Shown one piece after another: positions 17,002-24,635 of a stretch of 40,527 nt of DNA. Numbering within the stretch: position 1 is the stretch's first letter; each line of letters starts with the position of its first letter. Position numbers and translations under genes: made by a program. Source of the DNA: a virus (Duplodnaviria > Caudoviricetes); IMG/VR virus record IMGVR_UViG_3300020045_009111, positions 1 through 40,527 of that record; one strand, written 5' to 3'. The notes beneath the pieces are model-generated. The model ran no database searches. It saw only the letters and a program-made list of their open reading frames with translations, and was not told the DNA's origin.

Positions 17002-18314
17002 TATTTATACAACTCTTCAAGCTTATTCTTAACCGATTTGCTCAGGCCACTTTTATTTTGCTCGCTACCCTCGGTATTACCTACGGGAGGTTGTTCTGCT
17101 TCAGCCTCAGCCAGTTTTATGCCTGTTTGCTTCTCGAAGTACTCAGGATCTATTTTGTGGCCCGCAGAAGCTATTTTAACAGCCATATCTACAACGCGGT
17201 TGTTGTTCTCAAAAACCTCTTCATCATTTTTAAATGAGAAAATGGCACCTACAGGAACGGCAAAGCCAAATTCACGCAGGCGCGGCAAAATCTCACTATT
17301 TACAACAGAGGCGGCAAAATCCCCGTCTTTGGTTTTTTTATCTTTCAGGGCCTTAGCTGCCGGGCTCTCTTCACCATCATTGCCGAGCTTGCCGGGCACG
17401 CTGTCAAGTGCATCGGCATGGCCCAGGATTATTTTAGAAATCTTTTTTTCAAGGCGCTGTTCAAAATTGTCGTAACTAAGGTAAGAGGTGCCAGCGTTTT
17501 TGCTTTCAATAAGCTCTATTTCATCGCCCACATCATCCATAATGGCGTAACCTGCGCTTCCCATGTCTCTAACAGCCGCTTCAAATGCTGATCTTTCGGC
17601 CTCTTCTGTTTTGTTTGTGCGCCCAACACGGTAAGGCTGCGCGAATAGCTCGACAAAATCGCCATTATATCCCAATATGTTACGTAGGAATATTTCATAC
17701 ACAGCCACCTTGTACAGAAGGCCATAACCGCATTTTGAAGCCCCTATCTCGCTGGGTGTGGGCACCCAGAAATGCCATTTTTTAGCCTCTGCATCCGTAA
17801 TGAAATTTATACCTTCAGGGTTGTATGTTTGAGCCGATACTACGAGCCTGTCAGGGCTTATATTCCAGCGCCTGATAATATCTACATCGGTAAATTTGCC
17901 GTCCATAATATCGCCTAATGATACAAGACTGTAACCAAAAAATAAGGCATCAAGAATATAAGGCAGGCCGTTAGTGAGTATATTGCTGTCAATAAGCGTT
18001 TGTTTTGCCTTTTCATCCACCTTGCCATTTACGGTAATTTCCCAGTCTCTTAATAAAGTCAAATCCTTACGGCGATCCATACAGGCAAAAACATGGCCGT
18101 TAAGTATGGTATCGTTATACAGTTGTTGCACTTGTACCCTGAAGGGAAAATAAGCCCGCTCCATCTCGTCAACAGCACAACGCCAACTGGCTACATCCTG
18201 TTTTATTCGCAGCAGCTGGATGGGGATAATGGTAGTGTTTAGTTTTTTGTTCGTACCTTCTACAGCAGCGGGGCCGGTGAAGTTGAACATGTTTTTTATA
18301 CTGGGAAACTTCAT
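17001..18314 (-). CDS. Portal protein (DUF935/Mu gp29-like)
   Basis: 437 aa; ILDALFFGYSLV, FVELFAQPYRVG and ISKIILG motifs. Confidence 0.88.
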   Translation of the reverse strand: MKFPSIKNMFNFTGPAAVEGTNKKLNTTIIPIQLLRIKQDVASWRCAVDEMERAYFPFRVQVQQLYNDTILNGHVFACMDRRKDLTLLRDWEITVNGKVDEKAKQTLIDSNILTNGLPYILDALFFGYSLVSLGDIMDGKFTDVDIIRRWNISPDRLVVSAQTYNPEGINFITDAEAKKWHFWVPTPSEIGASKCGYGLLYKVAVYEIFLRNILGYNGDFVELFAQPYRVGRTNKTEEAERSAFEAAVRDMGSAGYAIMDDVGDEIELIESKNAGTSYLSYDNFEQRLEKKISKIILGHADALDSVPGKLGNDGEESPAAKALKDKKTKDGDFAASVVNSEILPRLREFGFAVPVGAIFSFKNDEEVFENNNRVVDMAVKIASAGHKIDPEYFEKQTGIKLAEAEAEQPPVGNTEGSEQNKSGLSKSVKNKLEELYK

Positions 18315-18724
18315 TAGTAATTATTTATATTTTTAGGCTGCCCCCCATACCTTATACGCATGCCCTGGGTTGGTGATATTTTAGGTAGGTTTGGGGTAAT
18401 GTCCCCATAAGCGCACATTTTTAGCCAGTCGATAGCTCGATCATAAGCCATTTGCCTTTGTTGCGGTATGTTCCTGGGTGATATTCGTTTATGAAGGTGA
18501 AACAGTGCAATATCAACCACCGTTGATAATAGTTGTTGGTCCCTATCGGTCCCGGTCTTTGCAAATTCAACAGGGCAATCATATTTTTGTATAAGGTAGC
18601 TTTGAGCCTCAGCAATAGCGAGCAAATTAGCTTTATCGCGTATCGTTTCGTCGCTGTTTATGATCTGCAGCATATTTACGTCCTGAATATGCATTATGTA
18701 GTCTGAGGCCTCTATATATGGCAT
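18314..18724 (-). CDS. Head-tail adaptor (DUF1320/Mu gp36-like)
   Basis: AIAEAQSYL..KYD, VDIALFHLH and YDRAIDWLK motifs. Confidence 0.85.
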   Translation of the reverse strand: MPYIEASDYIMHIQDVNMLQIINSDETIRDKANLLAIAEAQSYLIQKYDCPVEFAKTGTDRDQQLLSTVVDIALFHLHKRISPRNIPQQRQMAYDRAIDWLKMCAYGDITPNLPKISPTQGMRIRYGGQPKNINNY

Positions 18725-18727
18725 GTT

Positions 18728-18802
18728 TTACTTTTTTCTAATTCTTATTAATTCATCTAGAATCCAAACCAGCAATATTACGACTATAGTTTTAAAAATC
18801 AT
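18728..18802 (-). CDS. Putative 24-aa membrane micropeptide
   Basis: MIFKTIVVILLVWILDELIRIRKK, filling the gap between the minus-strand promoter at 18820-18827 and the gp36-like gene. Confidence 0.45.
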   Translation of the reverse strand: MIFKTIVVILLVWILDELIRIRKK

Positions 18803-18819
18803 GGGTTAAAATTTTTATC

Positions 18820-18900
18820 AAATATATTAAAAATTTTAATAAAATTAATTTGTCAATTTAAAAAGTAATTGTATATTTGTACTCAGATAAGAACAACAAA
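18820..18900. promoter_or_regulatory. Back-to-back promoter unit 4
   Basis: Plus strand TTTG 18849-18852, 19 nt, TATATTTG 18872-18879. Minus strand TATATTTG 18827-18820. Confidence 0.82.
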
Positions 18901-18910
18901 TATCAATACC

Positions 18911-19204
18911 ATGCAAGACTTAACAAAATTTACAAAAGGACAAAAAGAAGCAATGCTTAAATCGTTAATAAATGCTAAATCTAATACTACAGCTGATAAT
19001 AAACTGAAATTTGCTTTAATGGACGATTTAGCAGAAGGCGATAAAGATGCTTCTTTCGGAATTATAACCTGTATGGGTTTTGCTAAAATGGTAAATGTAG
19101 ATACTTTCGGGGAGGACTACAGAAGTGTTTGGGCCAAAATAAGAACTACAAATAAAGGAAATTATATAAACAACTCTTATACAGGAGGCAGGATGTACAT
19201 ATAA
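18911..19204 (+). CDS. Island-4 hypothetical protein (97 aa)
   Basis: Start MQDLTKF at 18911; the ORF-track start at 18869 lies inside the promoter. Confidence 0.75.
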   Translation: MQDLTKFTKGQKEAMLKSLINAKSNTTADNKLKFALMDDLAEGDKDASFGIITCMGFAKMVNVDTFGEDYRSVWAKIRTTNKGNYINNSYTGGRMYI

Positions 19205-19211
19205 AACAACC

Positions 19212-19233
19212 AAGGGCGGTTAACGCCGCCCTT
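19212..19233 (+). repeat. Intergenic hairpin, CGG-KTAACR-CCG family
   Basis: AAGGGCGG-TTAACG-CCGCCCTT; related copies at 21774 and 33785. Confidence 0.75.
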
Positions 19234-19248
19234 TAAAAATAAATTATT

Positions 19249-19407
19249 ATGATGTACAATTTTAGAAACGCATACCGTATTTCAGCAAAAAGGGAACTCG
19301 AAAAACTACAAGAAATTGAGGACGAAAAAAAAGGAATAAACAAAAAAGGTGGTACAGGCTTTAAAATGTCAGAATCTAAGCGTATTAAAAATAGAAAAAA
19401 AAGATAA
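19249..19407 (+). CDS. Island-4 small basic protein (52 aa)
   Basis: MMYNFRNAYRISAKRELEKLQEIEDEKKG...RIKNRKKR; fills the gap between the hairpin and the next gene. Confidence 0.65.
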   Translation: MMYNFRNAYRISAKRELEKLQEIEDEKKGINKKGGTGFKMSESKRIKNRKKR

Positions 19408-19409
19408 TC

Positions 19410-19718
19410 ATGGAAAGTAAAAACACTTGCTGCAAAAAAATACAACACTCTTTTCCTGGAATTGGTAAAACTCACACCTCAATATGTGGCAAAAATGCCG
19501 AGTATCAAAAATCAGGTTACTGGTTTTGTAGACATCATGCTAAAGTAAAAAGGTTTGTTTTAAGGGATGGCAACGTAGGCGAGATATTAGCTCGATACGA
19601 CACCGAAAATGAGTTGAAAGACAATGCTCATTTGTTTCCTGATGCAGTGCTGCAAAAAATAACAAAGTCTGCAAGAAAAGATATTTTTAGATTAACAAAA
19701 TCAGGCGAAAGCCTTTAA
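19410..19718 (+). CDS. Island-4 hypothetical protein, possible Zn-binding N-terminus
   Basis: CCKK...ICGK...WFCRHH Cys/His pattern; stop overlaps the terL stop (TTAA). Confidence 0.7.
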   Translation: MESKNTCCKKIQHSFPGIGKTHTSICGKNAEYQKSGYWFCRHHAKVKRFVLRDGNVGEILARYDTENELKDNAHLFPDAVLQKITKSARKDIFRLTKSGESL

Positions 19719-21169
19719 TACCCACTCTTAGCCTTACCCCTACCCATCGCAATTTTAGAAGCTTTCCCGCCTCGCAAATAGTTCTGATATTTCTGAGCAA
19801 AAGCAACTGTAATGAAATATCGCTTCGCATCGGAGGCGTGGCCAAACTCTTCATAAGTAACCCCGGTAACGGGATTTTTCTTTTTGGTCTTTTTTATCGT
19901 GCCGTCTGAATCCTCTAACGCATATTGATAATCAAAAAGGCTCTTTTTACATTTGTCACCTATGAGTATTTTCAAGCTTTCTTTACCGGTCCTATAAATT
20001 TCATTTATGAAGCCGCCCGACTGCACAACCGAAGGGTTGACCGACTGCATCCGGAGGCGCGGTCTGTAATCCCTTAAATGTTGCCCGATCTTGCTAAAGA
20101 AATTTTCGCCCTTCTCCAGTTTGCTGTCTTCTTTTATGCTGGTACGGTCGCCGTAAATAAAAAGCCCTTGCACCTGCTTGAACGGATAGCGCTTTGCAAA
20201 TTCAGCACACACGGCCGCCACCCTATTATTAGGGTCCGGCAGGCATATCTCATCGATCTGCGTTATTTGCCTTATGCCATTAGGCTGTGGCTGTATCTGC
20301 CACACCAGGCACGTAAGGTAAGGGTTTACGTTTTCATCCCACGATAAGTGTATAGGCAGCTCAGGTATAAACCTGGATGGCCCGCTATGCACGTTTGTAT
20401 TAAAGTCTTTCCAGAACTCCCCACCGGTGCGCAGCTTGCCCCAGTTGCCAAGGCCGTAAATCTGGTAGTAGTTGAAGTCATCGGCCTTATCCTTCTCAAA
20501 GTCTTCAATGGTGTGCTTATCGTAAAAATGAGGGCCTACGATATATTTGTTATTCAAGTAAGTAACTTTGTATACCACAAAATTGCCAGATGCTGATTTG
20601 TGGCAGCTGGTAATGTTAGTAGTTACTTCCTGTTCGATTAAACCGGCCTTATCAAATAAATTCACCTTTAGCCAGTGCTCTTCACTTATAGGGTTGAATA
20701 GCCCAATTATCTGTTGGTTATTGCGGCCCCTAAGCCTCTTACGGATCTGTTTTAAGTCCACTTCATCGAACTGGCTTATCTCTTCCAGCACTACCCGGGT
20801 AAAGTTAGCCAAACCTTTTATTTTTTCGCTGTCATCTAAACCCCTGAAACGAATGTATGAGCCGGTGAGCAAACATTCAATATAATTTATCTGGCACTTA
20901 AAATATTCCTGCAAGCCCCAATCATTTATGATGCCTATAAAGTCGCTGTAAATACTGTCTTTTATGTCAACACCGTATTTACGGAGGATCATGGTATTAG
21001 CGTTTTCGGTTAGCAGGCCCACTATAAGCCGCTGTACGCAAGTGTATGTTTTACTGGCAGAAGATCCGCCATATAGAAAAATAAAACGTACGTCAGGGTT
21101 CTTAAAATCTGCGTCCAGGTGCCAATATATATCGTTAAATAGGTCGGGGTTAAACTCAATTTCCTGCAT
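19715..21169 (-). CDS. terL: Terminase large subunit (PBSX type)
   Basis: Walker A variant GGSSASKT, RFRGLDDSEKIK, Walker B VVLEE, FNP..EEHW, YQIYGLGNWG and nuclease-domain HASDAKRY. Confidence 0.93.
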   Translation of the reverse strand: MQEIEFNPDLFNDIYWHLDADFKNPDVRFIFLYGGSSASKTYTCVQRLIVGLLTENANTMILRKYGVDIKDSIYSDFIGIINDWGLQEYFKCQINYIECLLTGSYIRFRGLDDSEKIKGLANFTRVVLEEISQFDEVDLKQIRKRLRGRNNQQIIGLFNPISEEHWLKVNLFDKAGLIEQEVTTNITSCHKSASGNFVVYKVTYLNNKYIVGPHFYDKHTIEDFEKDKADDFNYYQIYGLGNWGKLRTGGEFWKDFNTNVHSGPSRFIPELPIHLSWDENVNPYLTCLVWQIQPQPNGIRQITQIDEICLPDPNNRVAAVCAEFAKRYPFKQVQGLFIYGDRTSIKEDSKLEKGENFFSKIGQHLRDYRPRLRMQSVNPSVVQSGGFINEIYRTGKESLKILIGDKCKKSLFDYQYALEDSDGTIKKTKKKNPVTGVTYEEFGHASDAKRYFITVAFAQKYQNYLRGGKASKIAMGRGKAKSGY

Positions 21170-21173
21170 AAAG

Positions 21174-21252
21174 CAAAATTAACATATTTTTTATATAAAT
21201 TAATTTGTCAATTAAAAAAGTATTCTTATATTTGTATCAGATAAGAACAACA
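21174..21252. promoter_or_regulatory. Back-to-back promoter unit 5
   Basis: Plus strand TTTG 21204-21207, 19 nt, TATATTTG 21227-21234. Minus strand TAATTTTG (21181-21174) 4 nt before the terL ATG. Confidence 0.82.
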
Positions 21253-21270
21253 ATTTAAAACAAAAACATT

Positions 21271-21489
21271 ATGACAACTCAAATCTTTTACAACGAAACT
21301 GAACTAAACGGAAAATTTCAAGTTATGACAGCTGAAAAACTTGAAGGTAAAGGAATAAAAAACTTCGGAGGTAACAACCCAGTGCAGTATAAAGGTGAAG
21401 TTTTCTTTGGAAACGTTAATTACTGGGTTACTTTAGAAGCTCTTCAAAAATTAAAAGCAAACTTTAACCTTCTTAGAACATGCTTTTAG
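21271..21489 (+). CDS. Island-5 hypothetical protein
   Basis: 72 aa, first gene after the promoter, A-rich leader. Confidence 0.78.
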   Translation: MTTQIFYNETELNGKFQVMTAEKLEGKGIKNFGGNNPVQYKGEVFFGNVNYWVTLEALQKLKANFNLLRTCF

Positions 21490-21770
21490 AACCCCAAATA
21501 ACAACAGAGTATCACGAAAATGGTACTCTGTTCTTTACTACGGTAGCTGCAGAAATAGCGCCGGGTTATCTGCATTTATACGAAGGTAAAAATCCCATGA
21601 TGCGAAGAATGATAGATAATAAGCCTGTTAATCCTTACGTCATACTTATGCGTGAGAAGCATTACGATAACGGTCAATTTGCTTGGCGACTTGAATGGGA
21701 TGAGACAGGAAAGCTCAATAATGCAGGACCTAAACAGTATCGTAAAGATGGAACTTTAATACAATACTAA
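21480..21770 (+). CDS. Island-5 hypothetical protein with MORN-variant-like motifs
   Basis: EYHENG, HYDNGQ, WDETGK and YRKDG repeats. Confidence 0.68.
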   Translation: MLLEPQITTEYHENGTLFFTTVAAEIAPGYLHLYEGKNPMMRRMIDNKPVNPYVILMREKHYDNGQFAWRLEWDETGKLNNAGPKQYRKDGTLIQY

Positions 21771-21773
21771 CTC

Positions 21774-21793
21774 AGGGCGGTTAACACCGCCCT
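21774..21793 (+). repeat. Intergenic hairpin, CGG-KTAACR-CCG family
   Basis: AGGGCGG-TTAACA-CCGCCCT. Confidence 0.75.
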
Positions 21794-21806
21794 TAAAACA
21801 AAAACC

Positions 21807-21974
21807 ATGCTAAAAACAATTCAACACCAGCACCCGGACCGCATAGCGGCACAAACAGCCTTCCATAGCGCATTAGGCGAATTACTAAATGATGAGCGCG
21901 TAATAATGTGCGCTATACTAGGGTACGACGGCATAGCAGAAAAGCATTATTTTTATATTAATTATTATGAATAA
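21807..21974 (+). CDS. Island-5 hypothetical protein (55 aa)
   Basis: MLKTIQHQHPDRIAAQTAFHSALGELLNDERVIMCAILGYDG...; A-rich leader; stop abuts the terminator. Confidence 0.65.
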   Translation: MLKTIQHQHPDRIAAQTAFHSALGELLNDERVIMCAILGYDGIAEKHYFYINYYE

Positions 21975-21999
21975 AAAAAGCCCCAATTAAGGGGCTTTT
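21973..21999. terminator. Bidirectional intrinsic terminator (GCCCCAATTAAGGGGC family)
   Basis: AAAAAAAGCCCCAATTAAGGGGCTTTT between island 5 and terS. Confidence 0.85.
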
Positions 22000-22041
22000 C
22001 TCTTTTATAGTGCCGCAATGCAGCTTGCGCATTAGGGCACT

Positions 22042-22461
22042 TTACTCTTCTTTCTTACCATAACCCACTTTTATTTTTTGGGTTACCTCCTGCGTTTGTG
22101 TCTCTTCAGCTTTCCAGCCCATATTTTTAAGCGCGAATATGGCTCCTGTGGGGTATTGGTCTGTGTTGATCTTCTGTTCGTAGTGGTTTATCACTATATT
22201 GTTTAGCCTCTCGCATATATCGGAAAACTCGGGTATTTTTTGATAATCCCTGAAGCTCTGCCGGTCAGAAAACCCCATAAACAAGATAAGGCCTGTTTTT
22301 GTAATAGGTAAATCCCTTTCAGCTATAAAGTTAAAATAAGCCAGGGCCTTCTCTTCAAATTCTTCAGGTGTCTTTATCATTCGCTCAGGGCCGCGAGGCG
22401 CGCTAAGAACGTGCCTTATAAATTCAAGCTTGTTTTCAGCCTCTGATTTTTTTTTAGCCAT
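22042..22461 (-). CDS. terS: Terminase small subunit (GP3-like DNA packaging protein)
   Basis: TPEEF....AYF, PITKTGLILFMGF and TGAIFALKNMGW motifs; upstream of terL. Confidence 0.85.
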   Translation of the reverse strand: MAKKKSEAENKLEFIRHVLSAPRGPERMIKTPEEFEEKALAYFNFIAERDLPITKTGLILFMGFSDRQSFRDYQKIPEFSDICERLNNIVINHYEQKINTDQYPTGAIFALKNMGWKAEETQTQEVTQKIKVGYGKKEE

Positions 22462-22476
22462 GTGTTAAAATTTATA

Positions 22477-22502
22477 CAAATATACGTTTTTTTTATAGCA
22501 AA
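22477..22502 (-). promoter_or_regulatory. Putative promoter for terS
   Basis: TATATTTG (22484-22477); the nearest TTTG is only 14 nt upstream, so the -33 spacing is non-canonical. Confidence 0.55.
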
Positions 22503-22524
22503 TTATTTTTTCATGCAAGAAGTT

Positions 22525-23352
22525 TTACGAAGGTATTTCTACTGTAGAACTTGAATTATACACCGTATTTTGTGGTTCAATAAGATTTTTCTTATAAAAT
22601 CCTTTATAGTCAGGTGTAAATAATATTTCAAAACCTGCCTGTTTATCATAGGTGTCTGTCATGAACTCCATAACGATGCCTTTAAACCTGTCCATATTCT
22701 CACTACTAACCAAATCAGAAAGCATTTGCACGCCTCCTGGTGTAAGATTATAAAGATAATTGAATACACCATGCCTGTAGTCGTAATCTTGCCTTGTAGA
22801 TCCTCTCTGATAATAAATAGACTTATCTTCGATTATTGCCAGTATCACTTTTTGAAACTCTTCAAGCGAACGGACTACCCAAACCAAAAAACCATGCTCA
22901 TTAAATAACGAATGTATATTTTGCTGCGCTGTAGATGGGTTTCCGTGGGGTGTTTTCAACTCTATGAAAAAAGAGCGTTTCCAAAAGTGAAAAACGAAAT
23001 CAGGTATACCGGGAACAACCCCCATAGCTTTTAATTTAGCTGCCTCTCTTTGGTCGCGCTTGCCGCCGTTCGGTACATGGTACAGTAGCCCCCTAAGCTT
23101 CGGAAAGCTGTTATGAAACCATTGGTAACAGTCTGCTGTCAATCTGTCCTCTGACTTCTCGACCTCCTTTTCTATAAACTCAGTGTACTTTTGCTTGCCT
23201 GTTGCAATCTGTTCCTTTGTTAGTGGCTCAGGCTTTTCGGGATTAGCTTTTAAGTATGCGACAATTTCAGGAGAAGGCTCCATAACATTGTCGTCAATCA
23301 TTTGGCGCAATTCCTTATCGGTATAAGGCGTGCCGTTAGGTTGTATTTCCAT
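22525..23352 (-). CDS. VRR-NUC (PD-(D/E)XK) nuclease domain protein
   Basis: YHVPNGGKR...LKAMGVVPGIPDF...FIELKT..G..S..Q motif. Confidence 0.87.
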   Translation of the reverse strand: MEIQPNGTPYTDKELRQMIDDNVMEPSPEIVAYLKANPEKPEPLTKEQIATGKQKYTEFIEKEVEKSEDRLTADCYQWFHNSFPKLRGLLYHVPNGGKRDQREAAKLKAMGVVPGIPDFVFHFWKRSFFIELKTPHGNPSTAQQNIHSLFNEHGFLVWVVRSLEEFQKVILAIIEDKSIYYQRGSTRQDYDYRHGVFNYLYNLTPGGVQMLSDLVSSENMDRFKGIVMEFMTDTYDKQAGFEILFTPDYKGFYKKNLIEPQNTVYNSSSTVEIPS

Positions 23353-23353
23353 T

Positions 23354-23731
23354 TTATTGTTGTTTACGTTTTACCCAATAACCTTTTGTTTTTATATTAT
23401 TGATATACCTAGAATCTGGTATAAATCCTAAATAACTCATTAACGAACCGGCAGCCCTGCTTTTTTTGTCTAACCCGAGTAGGCTCCTTAATTGTTCTAT
23501 GGTTACGAAATCACCACCTAAAACACCTACAGGAGTGTAATGTGTCTCTATTGTATTTATAAGTTCATCAGTAAAACATACCGGTCTTCTTTTTTTAGGT
23601 ACTATAAATCCGGACCGCGCCTCTTCCATCTCCCGCGCTATTGCAAAAGATCTCTGTCCTAAATCAGAAGTATAACCCTGCCGCATAAGTTCACACATAG
23701 CAGCAATACTGCATTGGTCTAAATAATTCAT
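23354..23731 (-). CDS. Paralogue A with a helicase C-terminal-like (DUF3874/winged-helix-like) domain
   Basis: QCSIAAM N-terminus and MSYLGF..D..YINN....GYWV C-terminus; similar to 24136..24546 and to the end of 24636..26096. Confidence 0.75.
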   Translation of the reverse strand: MNYLDQCSIAAMCELMRQGYTSDLGQRSFAIAREMEEARSGFIVPKKRRPVCFTDELINTIETHYTPVGVLGGDFVTIEQLRSLLGLDKKSRAAGSLMSYLGFIPDSRYINNIKTKGYWVKRKQQ

Positions 23732-23750
23732 TTTTTTAAATTTATTTTGT

Positions 23751-23781
23751 CAAAGATAAATAAAGAACCCTAATAATACAA
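23751..23781 (-). promoter_or_regulatory. Promoter for 23354..23731
   Basis: TTG (23781-23779), 20 nt, TATCTTTG (23758-23751). Confidence 0.7.
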
Positions 23782-23829
23782 GTTAAAAATTCAAAATAGA
23801 ACAAAAAATCTTAAAAAATTAGTTAAAAT

Positions 23830-24100
23830 GGCTTTTAAGACCGCAGACTAAAAAAACATTGTCTTGTGATTAAAGTACTGATATACATATATATACTTAT
23901 ATTATATATATATATATATATAAGACAATAGCTTTTTATAATACCATATAAATACATAGAACTTACGTAGAACAATACGAAAACACGCAACTTAAGGGTA
24001 ATTTCAGAGGTCTTTGGGCAAAATCCAGTAATGATGTCTTATAAAAAAAACACACTGATATTCAGTGTGTTATGTGTGTTTTTTACAAGACGATGTTATT
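23830..24100. other. Candidate replication origin
   Basis: Largest non-coding stretch; (TA)10 at 23903-23922 flanked by inverted GTCTT/AAGAC motifs; second GTCTT...AAGAC pair around a CACACTGA/TCAGTGTG palindrome; near the primase-helicase genes. Confidence 0.6.
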
Positions 24101-24135
24101 TTTTCGCATTGTACTACGATATTTATATCACATTT

Positions 24136-24546
24136 CTACATTATTTTTTCTACCCAATACCCCCTGTGTTGAGTGCCATTAATTCTTTTTTTGTCCGCTT
24201 TAAATCCTAATCCAGATAACACCTTTCCTAAAAATCTAACATCTGAATTTTCTAGGCCTATTTCTTTTTCTATTTCTGTAAGCTTTTTAAACTCGCATGG
24301 ATTTTTTCCGCTGGTACAAAAAACACTTTTTATTTTTTCCGCTAATACGTTATGTTCTTCATTTATTTTTTCCTCTCTTATTTTTTTAGGCCGTCCCCTT
24401 TTAACCGGATCAGTAATAAAGCCTCCTTTTTCTAGCTCACCAGACAACCCAACAGCTATATTTACCGCCTCTTCCGGTGTATAAGTTCCATTGATTATAA
24501 GCGCAGACATTGCGGCTATTGCACATTCTTGAATAAATTTACTCAT
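24136..24546 (-). CDS. Paralogue B with a helicase C-terminal-like domain and AT-hook-like KRGRPKK
   Basis: Probable start MSKFIQECAIAAM at 24546, after a minus-strand TATATTTG at 24576-24569; RFLGKVLSGLGF..D...ING...RGYWV C-terminus. Confidence 0.78.
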   Translation of the reverse strand: MSKFIQECAIAAMSALIINGTYTPEEAVNIAVGLSGELEKGGFITDPVKRGRPKKIREEKINEEHNVLAEKIKSVFCTSGKNPCEFKKLTEIEKEIGLENSDVRFLGKVLSGLGFKADKKRINGTQHRGYWVEKIM

Positions 24547-24635
24547 AATAACATCTTTTAAATTTGAGCAAATATAAAGAAAAAAAAAGACAAGTAAATA
24601 AAATAATAATAATTTATTTAATTGTCTTTTTGTCA

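Noticed and set aside
15831-18724. Transposable (Mu-like) phage or integrated prophage
   Set aside because: Only head genes are Mu-like; no DDE transposase, integrase, CI-like repressor or flanking host DNA was recognised.
22009-22041. Imperfect hairpin AGTGCC...GGCACT after terS as a pac site or ncRNA
   Set aside because: Single copy with a weak interrupted stem and no independent support.
23881-23922. TA tract or promoter repeats as a CRISPR array
   Set aside because: There is no regular repeat-spacer periodicity and no cas gene; the promoter repeats are kilobases apart.
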